DNA of 64,000 bases from Schmidtea polychroa (taxonomy: Eukaryota), in the NCBI GenBank assembly GCA_044892525.1, contig CM097885.1, positions 25,298,001 to 25,362,000 of the forward strand, given 5' to 3'. Each line of letters begins with the position of its first letter. The first letter of the stretch is position 1. The translations under genes and the position numbers were made by a program. Under the pieces are notes generated by a model. The model searched no databases. It worked only from the letters and a program-made list of their open reading frames with translations, and was not told where the DNA came from. Positions 22,215 to 39,639 of the stretch are shown here, in pieces.

Positions 22215-23960
22215 TAGGAGGACCGACGATCAAAGTAGATACGGATAAACAATGGAGTCAAGCAAGGTTGCCCAATGTCTATGACATTGTTCAGCCTCTC
22301 CATTGACTTTATCCTCCAGAAAATCCTCAGAGAACACCCGCTAATGATATATGGCCACAATATAATTATAATGGAATACGCCGACGACATAGTCATGATC
22401 TCCAATACTAGAAAAGAAATGACCAACATGTTAAGGAAAATAATAAAACTTACAGATATGGCACAGCTGAAATTCAGGCCTTCTAAATGTGGATACTTCA
22501 AACTTCAGCGAAACCAAAAAGTGGTACCCTTATCGATATATAGTGAAAACATACCAATCATTGACTAAGACAACATATACAAATACATAGGAGTTGACTT
22601 TGGCCAAAAGAGCAGACATGACATAAACAAAACACTTCTTAAAGCAATTGAAGACACAACAAAAATAATGACATCTGACTTACATCCTGAACAAAAAATG
22701 CAGGCATATAAAACATTCATCCACTTATATTCTCCTTTAGGAACTGCACAATTAATCACATCATTTTCAATAGCAATAGGAACAAAGTTGTACAAAACAG
22801 ACCCAAACAATTAGGGTATGACCAGAAAATTAAAAGAATAATGAAAGACACACTAGATGACATACATCAAAATATTAACAACAACTTTATATATGCACAC
22901 TGCAAATTAGGAGGTTTAGGCATAGTGCCTAGCATTGACGAATCCATGATACAAGGCATCACACACCTCATTAAGATACTAAATTCATGAGATTCAGGAA
23001 TGAGGGAATTCATAGTCAAACAAATGACAGCAGTAGCTAAAACTAGATTTAAACACACAGTAATAGATACAGCCCATACACTCCGAAGGCTTAACACAGA
23101 CATCAAAGAAGACTCATCTGGCCCAATGACACTCTTCTGCCAATTCAGGTCTGCCATTAGAAGAATAAATGAAAAGTTTGGAATCAAAATAACACTTACA
23201 CTGGAGAACAATAATTACAGCTTACACATTAAGATAAAAAATTATACTGAGTACATAAATGAAACAAACGTTACAGAACCTTCTGCCAAAATACATGAAC
23301 TCACAAGGGAATGATACGCTGACCAATGGTGACAGATGACATGCCAAGGGTACATATCAAGAACAATAGGAGCTAATTGACAATCCACACACTTAATCAA
23401 ATTACCCACCATAACAGATAAACAATACCTTTTTATAATTAAAGCTAGAAACAACATGATAAGCCTGAACTATATCGCATACAGGATGAAACAAAACATG
23501 AGCACAAAATGTAGGCTTTGCAACTTAGAACCAGAGACACATGCACATATATTCAACCACTGCCCTAAAACAACAAACGCAAGGAGAAACAAACGCAATA
23601 ACGGTATGGATAAGATCTGTGAATACCTTATATCTAAAGGTTTCCAAGTAAATATCGAACGCCCACCTCCTAGAATAGACATTAGACTTAGACCTGACCT
23701 CATCATTAAAACAAAAAGAAACAATAAGATACATATATTATACATAAAAGTACCCTATGACAGAGAAGAAAACTTTCATATAGCCAGGGAAGACAACTAC
23801 AAAAAATACAGAGCATTGGCGCTAGAAACTGGAAAGACCAACAAATGCAAAACCACATTAGATGCACTAATCGTTGGAACTCTAGGCTCCTGGAATAAAG
23901 ATAACGACACTGCACTAACAAAGATAGGATTGAACAACAAAGAAGCTAAAACACTGAAAC
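22215..23960 (+). mobile_element. Truncated, pseudogenised non-LTR retrotransposon with RT, CCHC finger and restriction-like endonuclease (R2/NeSL/Utopia-type)
   Basis: GVKQGCPMS, YADD, YKYIG, LGGLG, KCRLCNLEPETHAHIFNHC, LRPDLII, KVPYD...KKY and ALIVGTLGSW, in order, across several frameshifts and stops. A-rich sense strand. Confidence 0.9.
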
Positions 23961-26421
23961 TTTTTATTTTTATGTAACAAATAGAATTTAAATTTGTTAT
24001 AAAATTTATTTGTGATTGAAATTTTGATTAAATTATAAACATTAAATTAATAAACATGAAGGAATTACAATTTGAGAAAATAATCGAAATAATTCTCTCA
24101 TTTTAACGACTTAAAGAAAAAGACAGGCGTTTTTATATAGCTATACCCTTCTCTTTTGGGAATTAAAATTTAATTTGTCTGTTTGTTTTAACAATTTGCA
24201 AATTACGATAAATTTGAAAAATATTGAAACACTTTGCTGTCCTGCACAAATGAACGTACATTCTTTAGGAATAAATATTTATTACAGGTTTTTCTTTAAC
24301 CTTCCTGTACACTGTCCACTGCAGGGAACTCGTAAATTATCGTTGCAAAAATAAAATGTTTTATAAACTTTTTTAAAATTGATTTTAATTTTTTCAAAAT
24401 ATTTTAGTAATTTTATAAATTATTAGAAAATATCTGACTTTAATTAATTTATATTAATTTTTTAAAATAATTATTGGTAACGTATTATACATGAGGCGTT
24501 GTTGATAATATCATTGGATACGAAAAATGTTGTGAACAGTTGTGTTTTGAATGTTTTTTAATAATTAGGATGTTAAATTGAGGGTATTGGATTTGTTGTA
24601 TGTTAAATAATTTTGTTTTTAAGTGTTTTAAAATTATTAACTGTTGGCTAATATTAAAATTAATTTAGATGTTCATAAAAACTTTTATATATATATATAT
24701 TTTATATTTTATATTTTTTATATATTTTTATTTTTTTATATATATTCATAAAAACTTTTATATAAAACTAATGTTTAATTTAAAAATAAATATTTATTTA
24801 TATTGTGAAAAAAAAATAATAAAAATGATTTTATAATTTGTTTCATTAATTTCTAATATCTATAGTTTTTTCTTTTGTCTTATTATGACAATGAGACTAT
24901 CAAAATATATCATAAAATGTATGTTTGGATGTTACTTTCTAATATTTAAAAATAGACGTAAAAATAGCCGTAAAAATAGGTATGCGAAATAAGGGAGTCG
25001 GGAGAGAGACTAATTAATATCTACCTATATTTCATGACGTATCTATAAACCAACATATGTATTAAAAAATAATAAATCAGTATTATATATATGTATCAAT
25101 AGAATTTTAAATAATTCAAATTGACTCAGTCCGTAAATCTAGTGTTAAATCATTAACTTTTCATTATTATATACAGATATTTTTAATTAAATTATGCTTT
25201 AGGAACAAATAAACAATTTTTGGTAATGCAAAGCTATTATAATAAAGATGGAAAATAAAAATTTTTGAAAAAGAAAAAAAAACAGCAATAACAATGAGTA
25301 GAATAATAAACCGGTAAATATTTATTCGTAGAAAAAATTCCCATTAAAAGTGAAATCTGAAAATGTTTCAATATTATTGTAAAAACTGTTAACGTTAGGA
25401 TTTGAGCCATTTTATTTGAAAGTGCTTCAACTTCATTTGGCTGTCTCCAAAAAAGTTGTCTACAAGAGCTTATCAATACTTTTAAATTTATTGAAGCGCA
25501 AATCTTTAAATATCTCATTACAACTTAATAATCGGCTTGGCCCACTTCTCACAATTTTGCGAAATTTTCATTATTTTTTATGTAATTTTCTTTATTTTTA
25601 TTTGTTTTTAAAATAATTTAAATAAAACCCAAAGTTCATTTATGAAATCAAGCCACCTTGTAAATTAATAATTTCACGCATCACTGGGAAACATTGACGA
25701 ATCACATACTAGCTCACACGCAAGTCTACGCATCCATACACACACACACACGCGCGGACCGATTTCAGTGAAGAGCATTTGATTTTTGATTTCCCGGTTA
25801 AAACGTTTTCTTAAGTTAATCATTTCTTTTTCTTTTCTTTTTTTTTAAAATAAAATACGGCGACAAAACTGTCAGTTTTTCTGAATGGAATTTCAGAATT
25901 GTTTTCAATTCGAATCGCGCGATGACTGAGTTGATGAATCAGCAGAGGCCATACGAGTTTACAAATGCTTCAATAAACACGATTTTTTTTCAATTTTTTA
26001 CAATGGAAATCTTTTGGGAAATTAAAATTTCAAAATGTCAAATGTTTGTCCAAATAATGAGATTTAAATGATGCATTTTCACAGTTTAGGATAAGCAAAA
26101 TATTTTCTTAAGGAGGCAATTTAGGTAGGAAAGATTTTCACTGGGGAGAGCACAAAATATTGAGAAATATCATTTAAATGGTGGGGTTTTGAACGATGGC
26201 TTTTGAAACGAAAGTATATTATTCAGAAGTCTTTTTTGCAACATTACTTGAGAATTTGCTTCTAAAAAATATTTCTTATTAAAACTTAATTTTTAAATAA
26301 AATACATTAAGCATTTAAAATTTTGGCACCGCGGTGTTGGCTAGATTTTTTTAGAATTAAGAGAGTAGTTGCAAGTTATAATGAACGAAACATTGTCGAG
26401 TATTTTTGGAAGTGTTTAACA

Positions 26422-26667
26422 CAGTGTTTCCCGACCTTCTTTATACCATACCCCACCGTAGTATTTCGAAAAGTAATATGCCTCACCGGCCCCTTTGCAG
26501 TAGCTATCAAACTTCGATAATAAGTATTGCCAGTATGCAAAAATAACGGTCGATGAAATTGCTGTATGTACGTTGTTATATTTAGTCGTGACTGAGCATA
26601 TTATATTAAAAACAAAATATGTGAAATAGTTGATAATTGCTGACGTGCCCCACCGTGGGAAACACTG
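26422..26667. mobile_element. hAT (Charlie/Buster-type) MITE, 246 bp
   Basis: TIR CAGTGTTTCCC / GGGAAACACTG. 8-bp flanks GTTTAACA / ATTTAACA (7/8 identical, central TA). Confidence 0.85.
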
Positions 26668-28747
26668 ATTTAACATGATTATATACGTAGACCTCTTCGC
26701 TTTATTTTCATTAGTAAAGATGTTGTTATCATTTATTAATTGCTCTAAAATCACATTAGTTCTTGCTATTGCTATAATCTGATTGTAACTATCTGATTAT
26801 AACTAAGCAAGGATAACCCCTTCTATGGCTATTTTTGATTTGGGAATTAATCAAATTATTGAAACAGTAAGTCAGTCAAATGTTGGCCTTCCAAAATTCG
26901 ATCCTCTTTTACGTTGACGACATTGCTCTTGTGGCTGACAATAGTACTAAATGACAGCAAATTATTGCCATCACAACTAAAGTAATATCAGAATAGGTTA
27001 TAAGTGACGCCAAACATCTTCCAAAGTCTGATTTTCTTGGTTGGCAAAAATTGAAAACCTACAAAACATTTCTTCCTTCTCCCTTTTCATTTCCCTTTTG
27101 AATATAACAAATTACTTACACCAAATCCATTAACCTTGACTCTTTGAAAATTATAGGGTCTCATCTTGGTATTAATGAGCCATCACTTCAAGAGTACTTT
27201 TTTCAAATAGTAATGAGATTTACTATCAAACAAGGTCTATAAATCTGTACTTTGAAAACAATCCCAAATGAACCCTTTCATTTCAAGTTCCAGAAAATGA
27301 ACAAAGCATTTCTTTAACAGTTAAAATTTAACTACAAAAACAAACGGTGCAATACCTTTGACTGCTGGGCACTGTAAATAAATTCATTATTTTTTTGGAT
27401 TTGTCTCTTTTTTTTTTGTCTCGATGCTGAGAATTATTGTCAGAACCAAAATACGAAAAAGAAAAGAAAAAGTGCTTTGGGAAATAATTTATAAAGAAAT
27501 GAATAAAAAAGGTTAACGACAGTCACAGAAATATTTTAAACTAAAATTAGATTAACAAAATTTACATATTTTTTTTGGAAAAAACAATTTTTTTTTGAAT
27601 TTTTTTTCTAATATTTTTTTTTAATTTTTGTTATTTTAGTAATAATAAAAAATTGGAATAGATACAATTAGAACATGTGAAATCTGAAGTATTATTAATT
27701 ACGAGTCCGGGATCTAAATGGTGTGATCTAATGCACCGGATTACGGAGAAAGGTCCAGATTAAAGATAATTATTTCTCAGTGAAAAATGACCGAGAAAAT
27801 ATAGTGAATTTTGTATAGTTGTTTTATTATATGTGATGTTGTGATTTATCTTTATTCTTAGGTTTTTTCTTGACATTTGAAAACATAAATAAAACATTAT
27901 GAAATATTCATCGTAGAATATTAAGCACGCGTACGTATCTCCAGTGACATTCCTAAAAAATAATATGAAGATCTTCTAAGCGTGTCGTATGCAACACAGT
28001 ATGGGACTTTTCCCATTTCGGAAGTTGCGGTCATATATATATATATATATATATTCGGATTTGCAGCTTATTTAATCTAACCTCTTTCAAGAAAAAAATA
28101 TACCTTTCAATGTCTAGAGGAGGAGTGGTCATTCAGGCAATGATCCTCAATATCTTGACATAAAAATAAACAAATCCAAATAACAAGTGACTCTGATAAA
28201 TTTTTATTGTACATATTATAATTTATAGAGTTGAGTAGCCCCCCGTGGCATGATAAAACTGATAAATATACATTAGTTCCCAAATATTCTCTACCCTCCC
28301 GTCCTTCCTTGGTTATATTATGATAGTTATTAGTAAATCGTTCATAAGAAAAAACAAAATTGTTTGTATAAATGGATCCGAAATAAAACAACAATAAATA
28401 TTATTATTATCACCATTGCTATCCTTGAATTATAAATACAATTTGATATATTGCATGTCCCACTAGAAAAGATTGACGAACGTATAAACCTCTAATTTAC
28501 GAATCCGAGGTTTTATTATTCAGTTAAACAAACAAATACGCCCGTCACAAATGAAACGTGAGAGTTGTTCAAAACAATCCGTACCGGCACAAATAGGGAT
28601 TTTAATTACTTTAGATCAAGAAATAAACCACTTCATTATCAGCATATCCTATCAATTATATAAAACAAATATAGAATCCTTGCGGCCGCTAAACTTCAAA
28701 ATGAACGTGACTTATATGATACTCATTTTAAGAATAGATTTAAAGAA

Positions 28748-30022
<1,275 letters not shown>

Positions 30023-32654
30023 GATATACATAAATGCCATTTAGTATTATTTCCCTTTTACCTGAAACAAGTGGTAATAACGTAATATAAAATCGGGATA
30101 GGTTAGAAAGTCAATGACAGAATATATGAAATGGGAGAACTGTAGGAAATTGTAATTCCCAAAGAAATCCTGGTACCGATCAAAGGAATACGACGTGAAC
30201 AGATGCGATTCCGTCATATACATATCTTATGATATACAAATATTCATAATTGTTATTTTTATAATTATTGAAGTTTGTATAATTAATGTTTATTTAATCC
30301 CGAATTTTTGTGATGTCCCAACCGATTGTTATAAATTTATTTTGGAGTTTTGTAATTTTATATTATTTTAAATGTTAATTGATTTTATTGGTGATATGGA
30401 GAAATTTTGGAAATTCGAGTTTTTATAAGATGGAATTTGTTGACAACAGAAAAGCAAGAAAGAAATTCTTTCAATTTTCCATGATGTAAATAGCGAGAAT
30501 CTCGTCAATTTTCTATATACGGATCTCAGCGGATTTTACGGAGAGATTTTTATGTTTTGAAGTCCTGTAATAAAGAGAATTAGTTTTCGTTGAATTATTT
30601 GAGAAGGGGACCAACAAATATTATCAACACCCCGCCTCACCTCACACATGCATAAATTTAAAAACCAGCCACGCATACATATTAAAATAATTTGAAATTT
30701 GTGAAAAGTCAAAATATTTTATAAAGAAAATATTTTATTACATTTTACAATGCATAAATGATTGTCTGGCGATGAATCGCTGTCTTCAAATGTGATGGAC
30801 ACAGTGGACGACAATTTCGTCAGTCGATTCGCATTAGTGCGAGTAATAAATTTCTCTATATTCATGCTAATTTTTGGAATGTTTATGTTGAATTGTAGAA
30901 TTAATCGCAAGTTTTACACGTTTCCACTCGACCATGTCAGTTTCAACAAGTGGCTGGCGATCCTTGATTGTCAATATCATATACAAAATCCGTGTCAATT
31001 TAGATAAACAATATATTACATTTACAACGAATTTAAGTGACACAAATCCGGCATTTTTCTGATAAGATTTGTTTGTTTTAATAAATAATAAATTTATGAT
31101 GTTGCTAAATGTTGTTCCTTTGTAATTCAATTAAATCTTGAATTCTGTCTTTAGCAATATTAAATATTAATAATAAATTAATAATAATTTTACATTTAAT
31201 AAGCTCTGATTAAATGGATCCTTTCTAATTTTAAAAGTTTTCATCTTTTACATTTTTTAAATTCAAATTTTATTATAAACCATAAATAGGTCATTTTTAT
31301 TAATGCATAAAATGAACAATTTGAGAATATCACATTTAAACAAACGATAAAAACACTGACAAGGATAATTTACCAAATCTTTACGTCTCTCCGTGATTCA
31401 TTATATTAAATGAAAAATATAATAAATTTTATTTTTAATTAAATTCTTTTAAAATCTTTTTATTTCTTTTCAAACTTGATAAAGGCAGTACTGAAATTTT
31501 GTGTTAGATAGAAAATTAATTTTCGATTTTTTGTCATAATGAGAATAAATGAATTATTGAGTGAAAAGTCTACTAATACGATTACAAGAATAACATAAAA
31601 TAAGCTTCAAATCATTCACCCTCGTCATATAAATGACAGATTAGTCTCCCTTATACTTTATACACTTGTTCTAACGTACTAGTAAACTTAGAATACCATT
31701 CGAAAAGAAATCATTTGGTTTTGAATGAAACTAGTGTTAGAGATCTGTATTGGTTTCTTCGGAACTGCTCTAGTTTTTTCTTCGTAGATAGAATTTCACA
31801 GGTGAAAAGTGAAAAAATTCGAACGGGGACAACTCTGGTGAGTACGGATGATGTAGAAGAATGGTAAAGATAATACTCAGTACTCAGACCCTGCAATATT
31901 ATAAATGAAAGGCACCCCGGTGATTCAAATTATTAAATTCAAAATTGCTATCGATGAAATCTGAAAGGTTCTTAGAATAACAGAAATGCGGAAAAGGGTG
32001 TCGCTTATTTCAGCAGTTATTTCAGAGGTCTACAGACTCCTCTTCAAGAATAATATTTAAATCTCTTGATATTGTTACAACTGAGCTCCATTTAAGCAAA
32101 ATTAGATCACGGTCAATGACATTCTGAACAATCGACAACAAATGGTTTTCAAAACAAACTTTATTTTTAATAATTAAAATAGAATTTTCATTTATTTTAA
32201 TAAAATTATATTTATTACGCATATAGTAATCATTATACAACAGATTAAAGAAATTCTATTTGTATGCCCATTCAAAAAACAGAACAGTTGCTGAACTCAA
32301 CTTTTGATTCAACATTATAAAAGTCGAATTTTCTCTATCGAACAAATCATAATTTATCCAATTTCATCAACTAATCAAATTTTATATTTCCAAAAATATT
32401 CTAGAACATTCTAGTTTCTTATTAGCAATAATTGTTTAGTAACCTTTTAATTAACTTACAACTATTAATGTTAGTTACATATTACCTATGAACAAAATCT
32501 TATTTTTGAAAAGATTAATCTTTAGTTATTTATTCAAGAACATTCTAGGATATTCTAGTTGCTTATTAACAATAATTGTTTTATTACCTATTAACAAAAA
32601 TTAACTTGCAAATATTGATAGTTGTTTTAATTAATCATAATGTGAAGAATCATA

Positions 32655-33040
32655 ATCATAAGCTTGTGGGAGACTATTGATGAGAGTACAACTACAAACA
32701 CATTCTTGAGAAGCCCGTCATCATTTATACCGGACAGCGTAGCCACTCGTTGTAGACCCTCAAGAAAAACATCAAGTGACTCTCCACTCCACAGTCGATT
32801 GCGAAGTGTGTCATAAACTTGGAAGCCATCCATCGAAAGGCAACTTTTAAAGTTTTTTCTATTGCGTCACAGTTTTCTATGTCCTCCTCCATCAGGTGGT
32901 CTTAAACAAGAAAGCCTGGTCCATCAAGCAGCAATGGGAGAACAAAGGGCAAGTTTTCGATTTTCTGATGCTTGGCCACTAACTTCCGTTTCTTAATCCA
33001 AGTGGAAGACTCACCTACTCCACTGTATGACATTGGATAT
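32655..33040 (-). mobile_element. Gypsy-type LTR retrotransposon gag fragment
   Basis: YSGVGESSTWIKK.KLVAK..KIENLPFVLPLLLDGPGFLV*..L...IEKTLKVAF then GESLDVFLEGLQRVATLSG...FVVVL. Contains a stop and a frameshift. Confidence 0.7.
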
Positions 33041-33074
33041 CCATTATGGCCTTGATAGTTTGCGAAGAAATAAA

Positions 33075-35065
33075 CGCAAGATTAAAATATTTTCCATTAC
33101 TACTTGTGGAGACGATCAAAAATACACAATTTAGTTTTTTCGGACATCATCATTTTCGAATATTGTTCAACGTCCTTTCCATCTTTTCCCTATACGAGAC
33201 ATTCGTCTTTCATTCAAAATTTGTTGTAGTGTTAGCTGCTGTGTTGATGGCGATGATGAAGATCTTTTAGTTTCATTTGGTTTAGAGCCATTTGCTGCAC
33301 TATGCATCAATTTTTCAATTTCATTCATCGCATGTTTTTTCAATGTTGGTAGCATTTTTTGATCTTTCATTATCACATTCTTTGCTGTTTTCATTCCAAA
33401 AGAACTAATCTTTTTAATTATTGAAAGTGAAAACCTTCCTATTGTTTGAAACTATCCGGATCCATATTGCTTATCCGACTATTTTTACTACCACTATAAA
33501 GCGAAACAATTTCAGGATTAGACATCTGTCTTTTTGAAATGTAAAGTTAAATGAATTTATAAATCTTTTGAAAAATTTATCAATTTTCCAGAATCATCAC
33601 GTATTATAATTTTTATATTGTTTATATAGGATGTTGAAACAGATAAATACATTGGGTTTTACATTACAATTTGCATTACTTCATCTTGTTCACGTTTCTC
33701 AATCCATACTGATTTTAATAGAAGAACACTAACATCACCAACAATTATAGATTCAACATTATTACTATATATGAAAATTTGTTGACGAAGTTTAATTATT
33801 TTCGGTTTTCATGTTCCTTCATTAACTTGTTCAATTTGCAAATATATTTCTTTTGACAGTCCAAATGTCTTTACCAAATTTTGATCAAATTTAACTTGAC
33901 TAATTTAGCATTTAATCGGAATTTAAAATATTTGTCTTTTTCCAGTTCAATGATAGTGAAAACCTTTGCACAATGTTGTGAAAAATAAAGCCTGTAATAT
34001 ATAAATCATCTTTAAAACCTTTGATTTCTTTGATTTCTCCTCTGGTTCCACCTAATAAAGATAATGCCAAAGGGTATCAATTCAACTATAAATCCACCGT
34101 GTTGTTCAAGCATAATCTTTCTCATTTGATTCTTAATTTTACAATTTTCAAGCGATAAAGAGATTTTTGTGTTTTTCAAAATTTGTTTCTTTGCATTGCT
34201 AATATGTACTTTACCATATATAACTTTCATTATAATATCCAGTAAATCATCAATTATGTAGGGAATGATTGTAAAATTGTCATTCTTGATTGTTTTGAAG
34301 CCCTTAACAATGATGTAAAATATAGTAAACTTAGTGGAATTTTCATTTATCTAGATGTTTTGAATTTTTTCGGTTTTCTTTATTCTGTTTAACCAGTTTT
34401 CGGTGGTATTTTATTTGAAATTTTTCTCTTTATTCATTTTTAATGAAATTCTTTAAATTTCTTTTCTGTGAAGGTTTAAAAATTATTTTTTGAAAAGACA
34501 CTATTAGTGCTTTTTGATCAACTCTGTTTATATATTGTTGATCGGATTTTGTTAAATATATCTGTTCGAACTCGTAAATCGTCCGAACATTTCTGAGCGA
34601 AATTGAGAAATAAATAACCAGGTAAATGTTAAGTTAAATTTTAAGCTGCTTCTAGTAAAAATTTCCGATTATTTGTATATGTTTGTCATGCTAGAAAATC
34701 AATAATTGTTGCATCTCTAGGGTTATAAAATATTAATAGATAATGTACATTTAAATTACGAGTTCTATGATTTCCTCCTTGGTGGAAAAGGTTCTGGGTT
34801 ATAAAAGTAACTGGAACTCCAAATTGTCTAGAAATCTTTGTAAACAAATTATTAAATTCCTTTTCTTTGTTGGCTTCTTGATACAAATCATCAATAGTGA
34901 CGACATCTATCTTATTCTATTATAATTGAACTTTACAGTTTCCAAACTTCGATGCCAATTATTTTGTTGAATTTTTAGATTGCAGTAATTTACATACAAA
35001 GGGCGTTTTACTAGTACCATTAGGTGCGACAATTTGATAAACAGATTCATTTTGTAAATCCATTT
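33075..35065 (-). mobile_element. Degenerate Polinton/Maverick (adintovirus-like) virion morphogenesis module
   Basis: Collinear minus-strand remnants: packaging ATPase (~34540-35063), small protein ending QHGGFIVELIP (~34012-34346), penton/minor capsid (IFIYSNNVESIIVGDVSVLLL...NPMYLSV...IRDDSGK, ~33550-33800), basic core-like protein (QYGSG*FQTIGRF, 33167-33525) and a probable major-capsid start (SEKTKLCIFD, from 33153). Confidence 0.8.
34540..35063 (-). pseudogene. Polinton A32/FtsK-type packaging ATPase
   Basis: Degenerate Walker A (IVAPNGTSKT), Walker B (VVTIDDL), LFTKISR, FITQNLFHQG, RTRNLNVHYLLIFYNPRD and PGYLFLNF...LRVRTDIF. Internal deletion and stops. Confidence 0.85.
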
Positions 35066-35852
35066 AAATTAATGTTTTACAATCATTGTTTATATAATGG
35101 TTTAAAGTAAATAAATATGTTAAAATGAAAATAATTCAAAGATTTTGAAATTTCCAGCACAAAAATTTTTTTTTAAACTTTTTTTATGATGTCTATATAT
35201 TAATAAAATGAGTTTATTTAAACAAAAATTCATATTTCGCGCAATAATATTAGACATTTGAACAAAGATTCAAGATATTCATTCAAAACTACTAAGGAAA
35301 GTTGAAAGTCTCATCAAAATATCTTTATTTTTCGATTAACTGTCATAAAAAATGATGAAAATATGATGAAAATTTGTCTGAGTCCGTTCGGAGAGCCAAA
35401 TTTTCGAGAATTGATTTTTCCTTTTTCTAATTCCTGAGAGAATTATTATTATTATTATTATTATTAATAAAAATAAAAATTTTTCCAATTCTAAAATTAT
35501 TATTATTGTATTAGAATTATTAAGTTCTTTATTAACATTAAAAAGTTTTATTTTTAAGTTTAATTAATTTTGAAAATTATTTATTCTGAAAATGTAAATT
35601 TGTTTCGTAAACAATAGTTCTCTAGTAAATATTTCTCATAATTTTCTATCAAACTTTCTTTTTCTTTTTATAAAGGAAATAATTTATGCTATATATGCAA
35701 ATTTTGTTTGAAAATGGTTTTCATTTTCTGAAATAATTTATAATTCTAAAATCAGTTTTTATATGATTCAACAAAGTCAATATTATTTTTAGAAGAAATA
35801 TATTTAAATAATATCGATTTATCATTATTATTATTACTATTATTATTATTAC

Positions 35853-37124
<1,272 letters not shown>

Positions 37125-37371
37125 GTAATAATAATAATATTGACTACATCGTTTACTTAAATTATATAGTCAATATGTATATACTAAATGTATAATTGGG
37201 CAATTTGATTAAGAGGCCTATTACCAAATTTAAGTTAGTAGCGCGTTTTTAATTTTTTACGCATCGATGCACTCCGTTTGCTCCTTTAACAGCTGTGAAG
37301 TGTCACCTCGACTTACCGAGTTTTTATTTAGAAAAAGCTATTTTAACTAAGTCACTTCATTGCATTGTTGA

Positions 37372-37460
37372 AATGGAGAAAATTGAACATCGTTTGATGA
37401 TCAAATACATTTTTAAAATGGTTTAATGCCAGCTGAATTTTTAATGAGTTAAAAGACATT
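37372..37460 (+). mobile_element. Mariner transposase N-terminal fragment
   Basis: MEKIEHRLMIKYIF followed by frameshifted GLMPAEFFNELKD, resembling the mariner HTH start. Confidence 0.45.
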
Positions 37461-38969
37461 TTGCGCTGCGCAACGATGCGTGTATCTCTTTATTTATTTA
37501 TTTGATTAATTGTGAAAAAGAAATGTTTTCAAATTTTAAATTTCTCTTTATTTTCCCTAAACATCACAAATTATGAAAATGTGAAGCAGCAAATTCAGAA
37601 TGGGAATAAAGTTTAAAATCTCAAAGTATTCCCCACTGTAAAGTAAGCCATTGACAAACTGTTTAATGCCAACTCGTAAATCATTAGAAATGCTTCAAAC
37701 CTACAAACTATTGTCATAGAACGATTTGAGTTAAAATATATGGCTAAACACATCTATTAATTTGCATTAATAAAAAATAATCCTTTGGGAAGATTCATAC
37801 TGACAACTGACCATGTGATCAAGTACATTTACCAGTGATCTGAATTTGCAGTTGATCTCGTAATGAGTAGAATTATTATTATTATGTTTTTTAGGGAATA
37901 ATAATAAGATACGAGAGCCCTTCATAAATGTCCTTCCAATCCTATGTTACATACTTATTTATACTTATTATGCGGTAACCCTTAAAAATGTTATTGATCT
38001 ATTGGTATATGACAAAACCCATTTCCCTTGGATAAATTGTGAAAATGGAAATTTCCCTAAATTCTACTTTTAACCGTTCCCTCACCCTAAATTGCACAAC
38101 TTATGAAAAAAATCAGCAGCAGAGCCAGAAAATTGATAACATCTTATTTCCAGAACTAATTTATTCCTATCGTATTTCATGTTGATTTTCCATCAGAATT
38201 TCTGAAAAAATCTTGTCTAAATAATCTGAACAATTTCCATTCAGTTTTGCACGGTTTGAAGAATTCTGAAGTTGCCTGAGATTTTTTTTTGATATTAGAA
38301 GCTGGATAAACAAATGAAATTGAAATAATAAATCTTGATATTTTGCTCTGTTAATTTTTTGTTTTAATTTTTGAAATTGTGAATTTAAATTTCTTAATGA
38401 CTATTTTGATCCGTTCATTATTTGGATCAAGTTTGAGAGTTTTGTTTTCTATTTCTGTTTGATTTAGTCTCATTCAATTTTGGCAAGGATTTTTCTTGTC
38501 ATATAACAATAGAGAAATAAAACTTTTAGGCCGAGTTAAAATTTTACGGAAAAGTTTCAATCAAACGTTAGTCAAAATTTTAGTTTATTTATTACACAAA
38601 TCTGAATGAAGATTTTTAAAAATTTTTTTTAAAAAACTGCTCGATTTTTTGATAAAGGCGTTTCATTAAATCTTTATATATATATTCGTTAACACTTAAA
38701 TATTATTATTTATTAAATAAAAGAAATAAAGTGAAAGAGACATAGACTGGATTAGATAGAGTGAAATATTTCCTAACCTATCATGCATTACATAGTATAA
38801 AGTATGTTCAATATAGTACACCACGAATTTTGATGATTTTATACTTACCATTAACTACATATATCTAGATTAGCTCCATGCCAAATATGGCAATGTACAC
38901 AATGAAAGGTCAATATTACATGAAAATTTGCTTTAAATTAATTTTGAAAAGACTTTTTATTTAATTAGT

Positions 38970-39167
<198 letters not shown>

Positions 39168-39639
39168 GTTAAATAGCTGTTGTTGTTTTTCTAGCATAAA
39201 CTATTAATAAATACCGTGGGAAAAATCAAATCATTGCCTATTCATGCTGGTTAATTTAAACAATTAATTTGCAGTTTGAAATAGTTTCAAAGTCAAATTG
39301 AGTTGGAGAGGGGGGAGAACTCATTTGAGAAGTGGGATAATTCATCACATCCTAGAAAACACGGGAAACAATACCAATGAGTTTATTAAAGAGAAATAAA
39401 TCAAGCTTGTTATTGAATTTTTTAAATTCTTGTTAAAATATTATTTATGTTCTTTTATAATAAGTTATTTATTTCTATTTACCTTTTTGTAAACATTTTG
39501 ATATGCAACAATAAATAAACTGTTTTGGTAAAAGATATTTTACTAAGATTCGATTTTGTTGGATTTGTCTCACAGTTGAGAATTTCCTCGTTATTGCAGC
39601 CTTATAATGCTTTATTTTGCATAGAGAAAACATAATTCA

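Noticed and set aside
31690..32340. Complex segment with short ORFs left of the gag fragment
   Set aside because: Could belong to the Polinton or the retroelement, but no motif was recognised.
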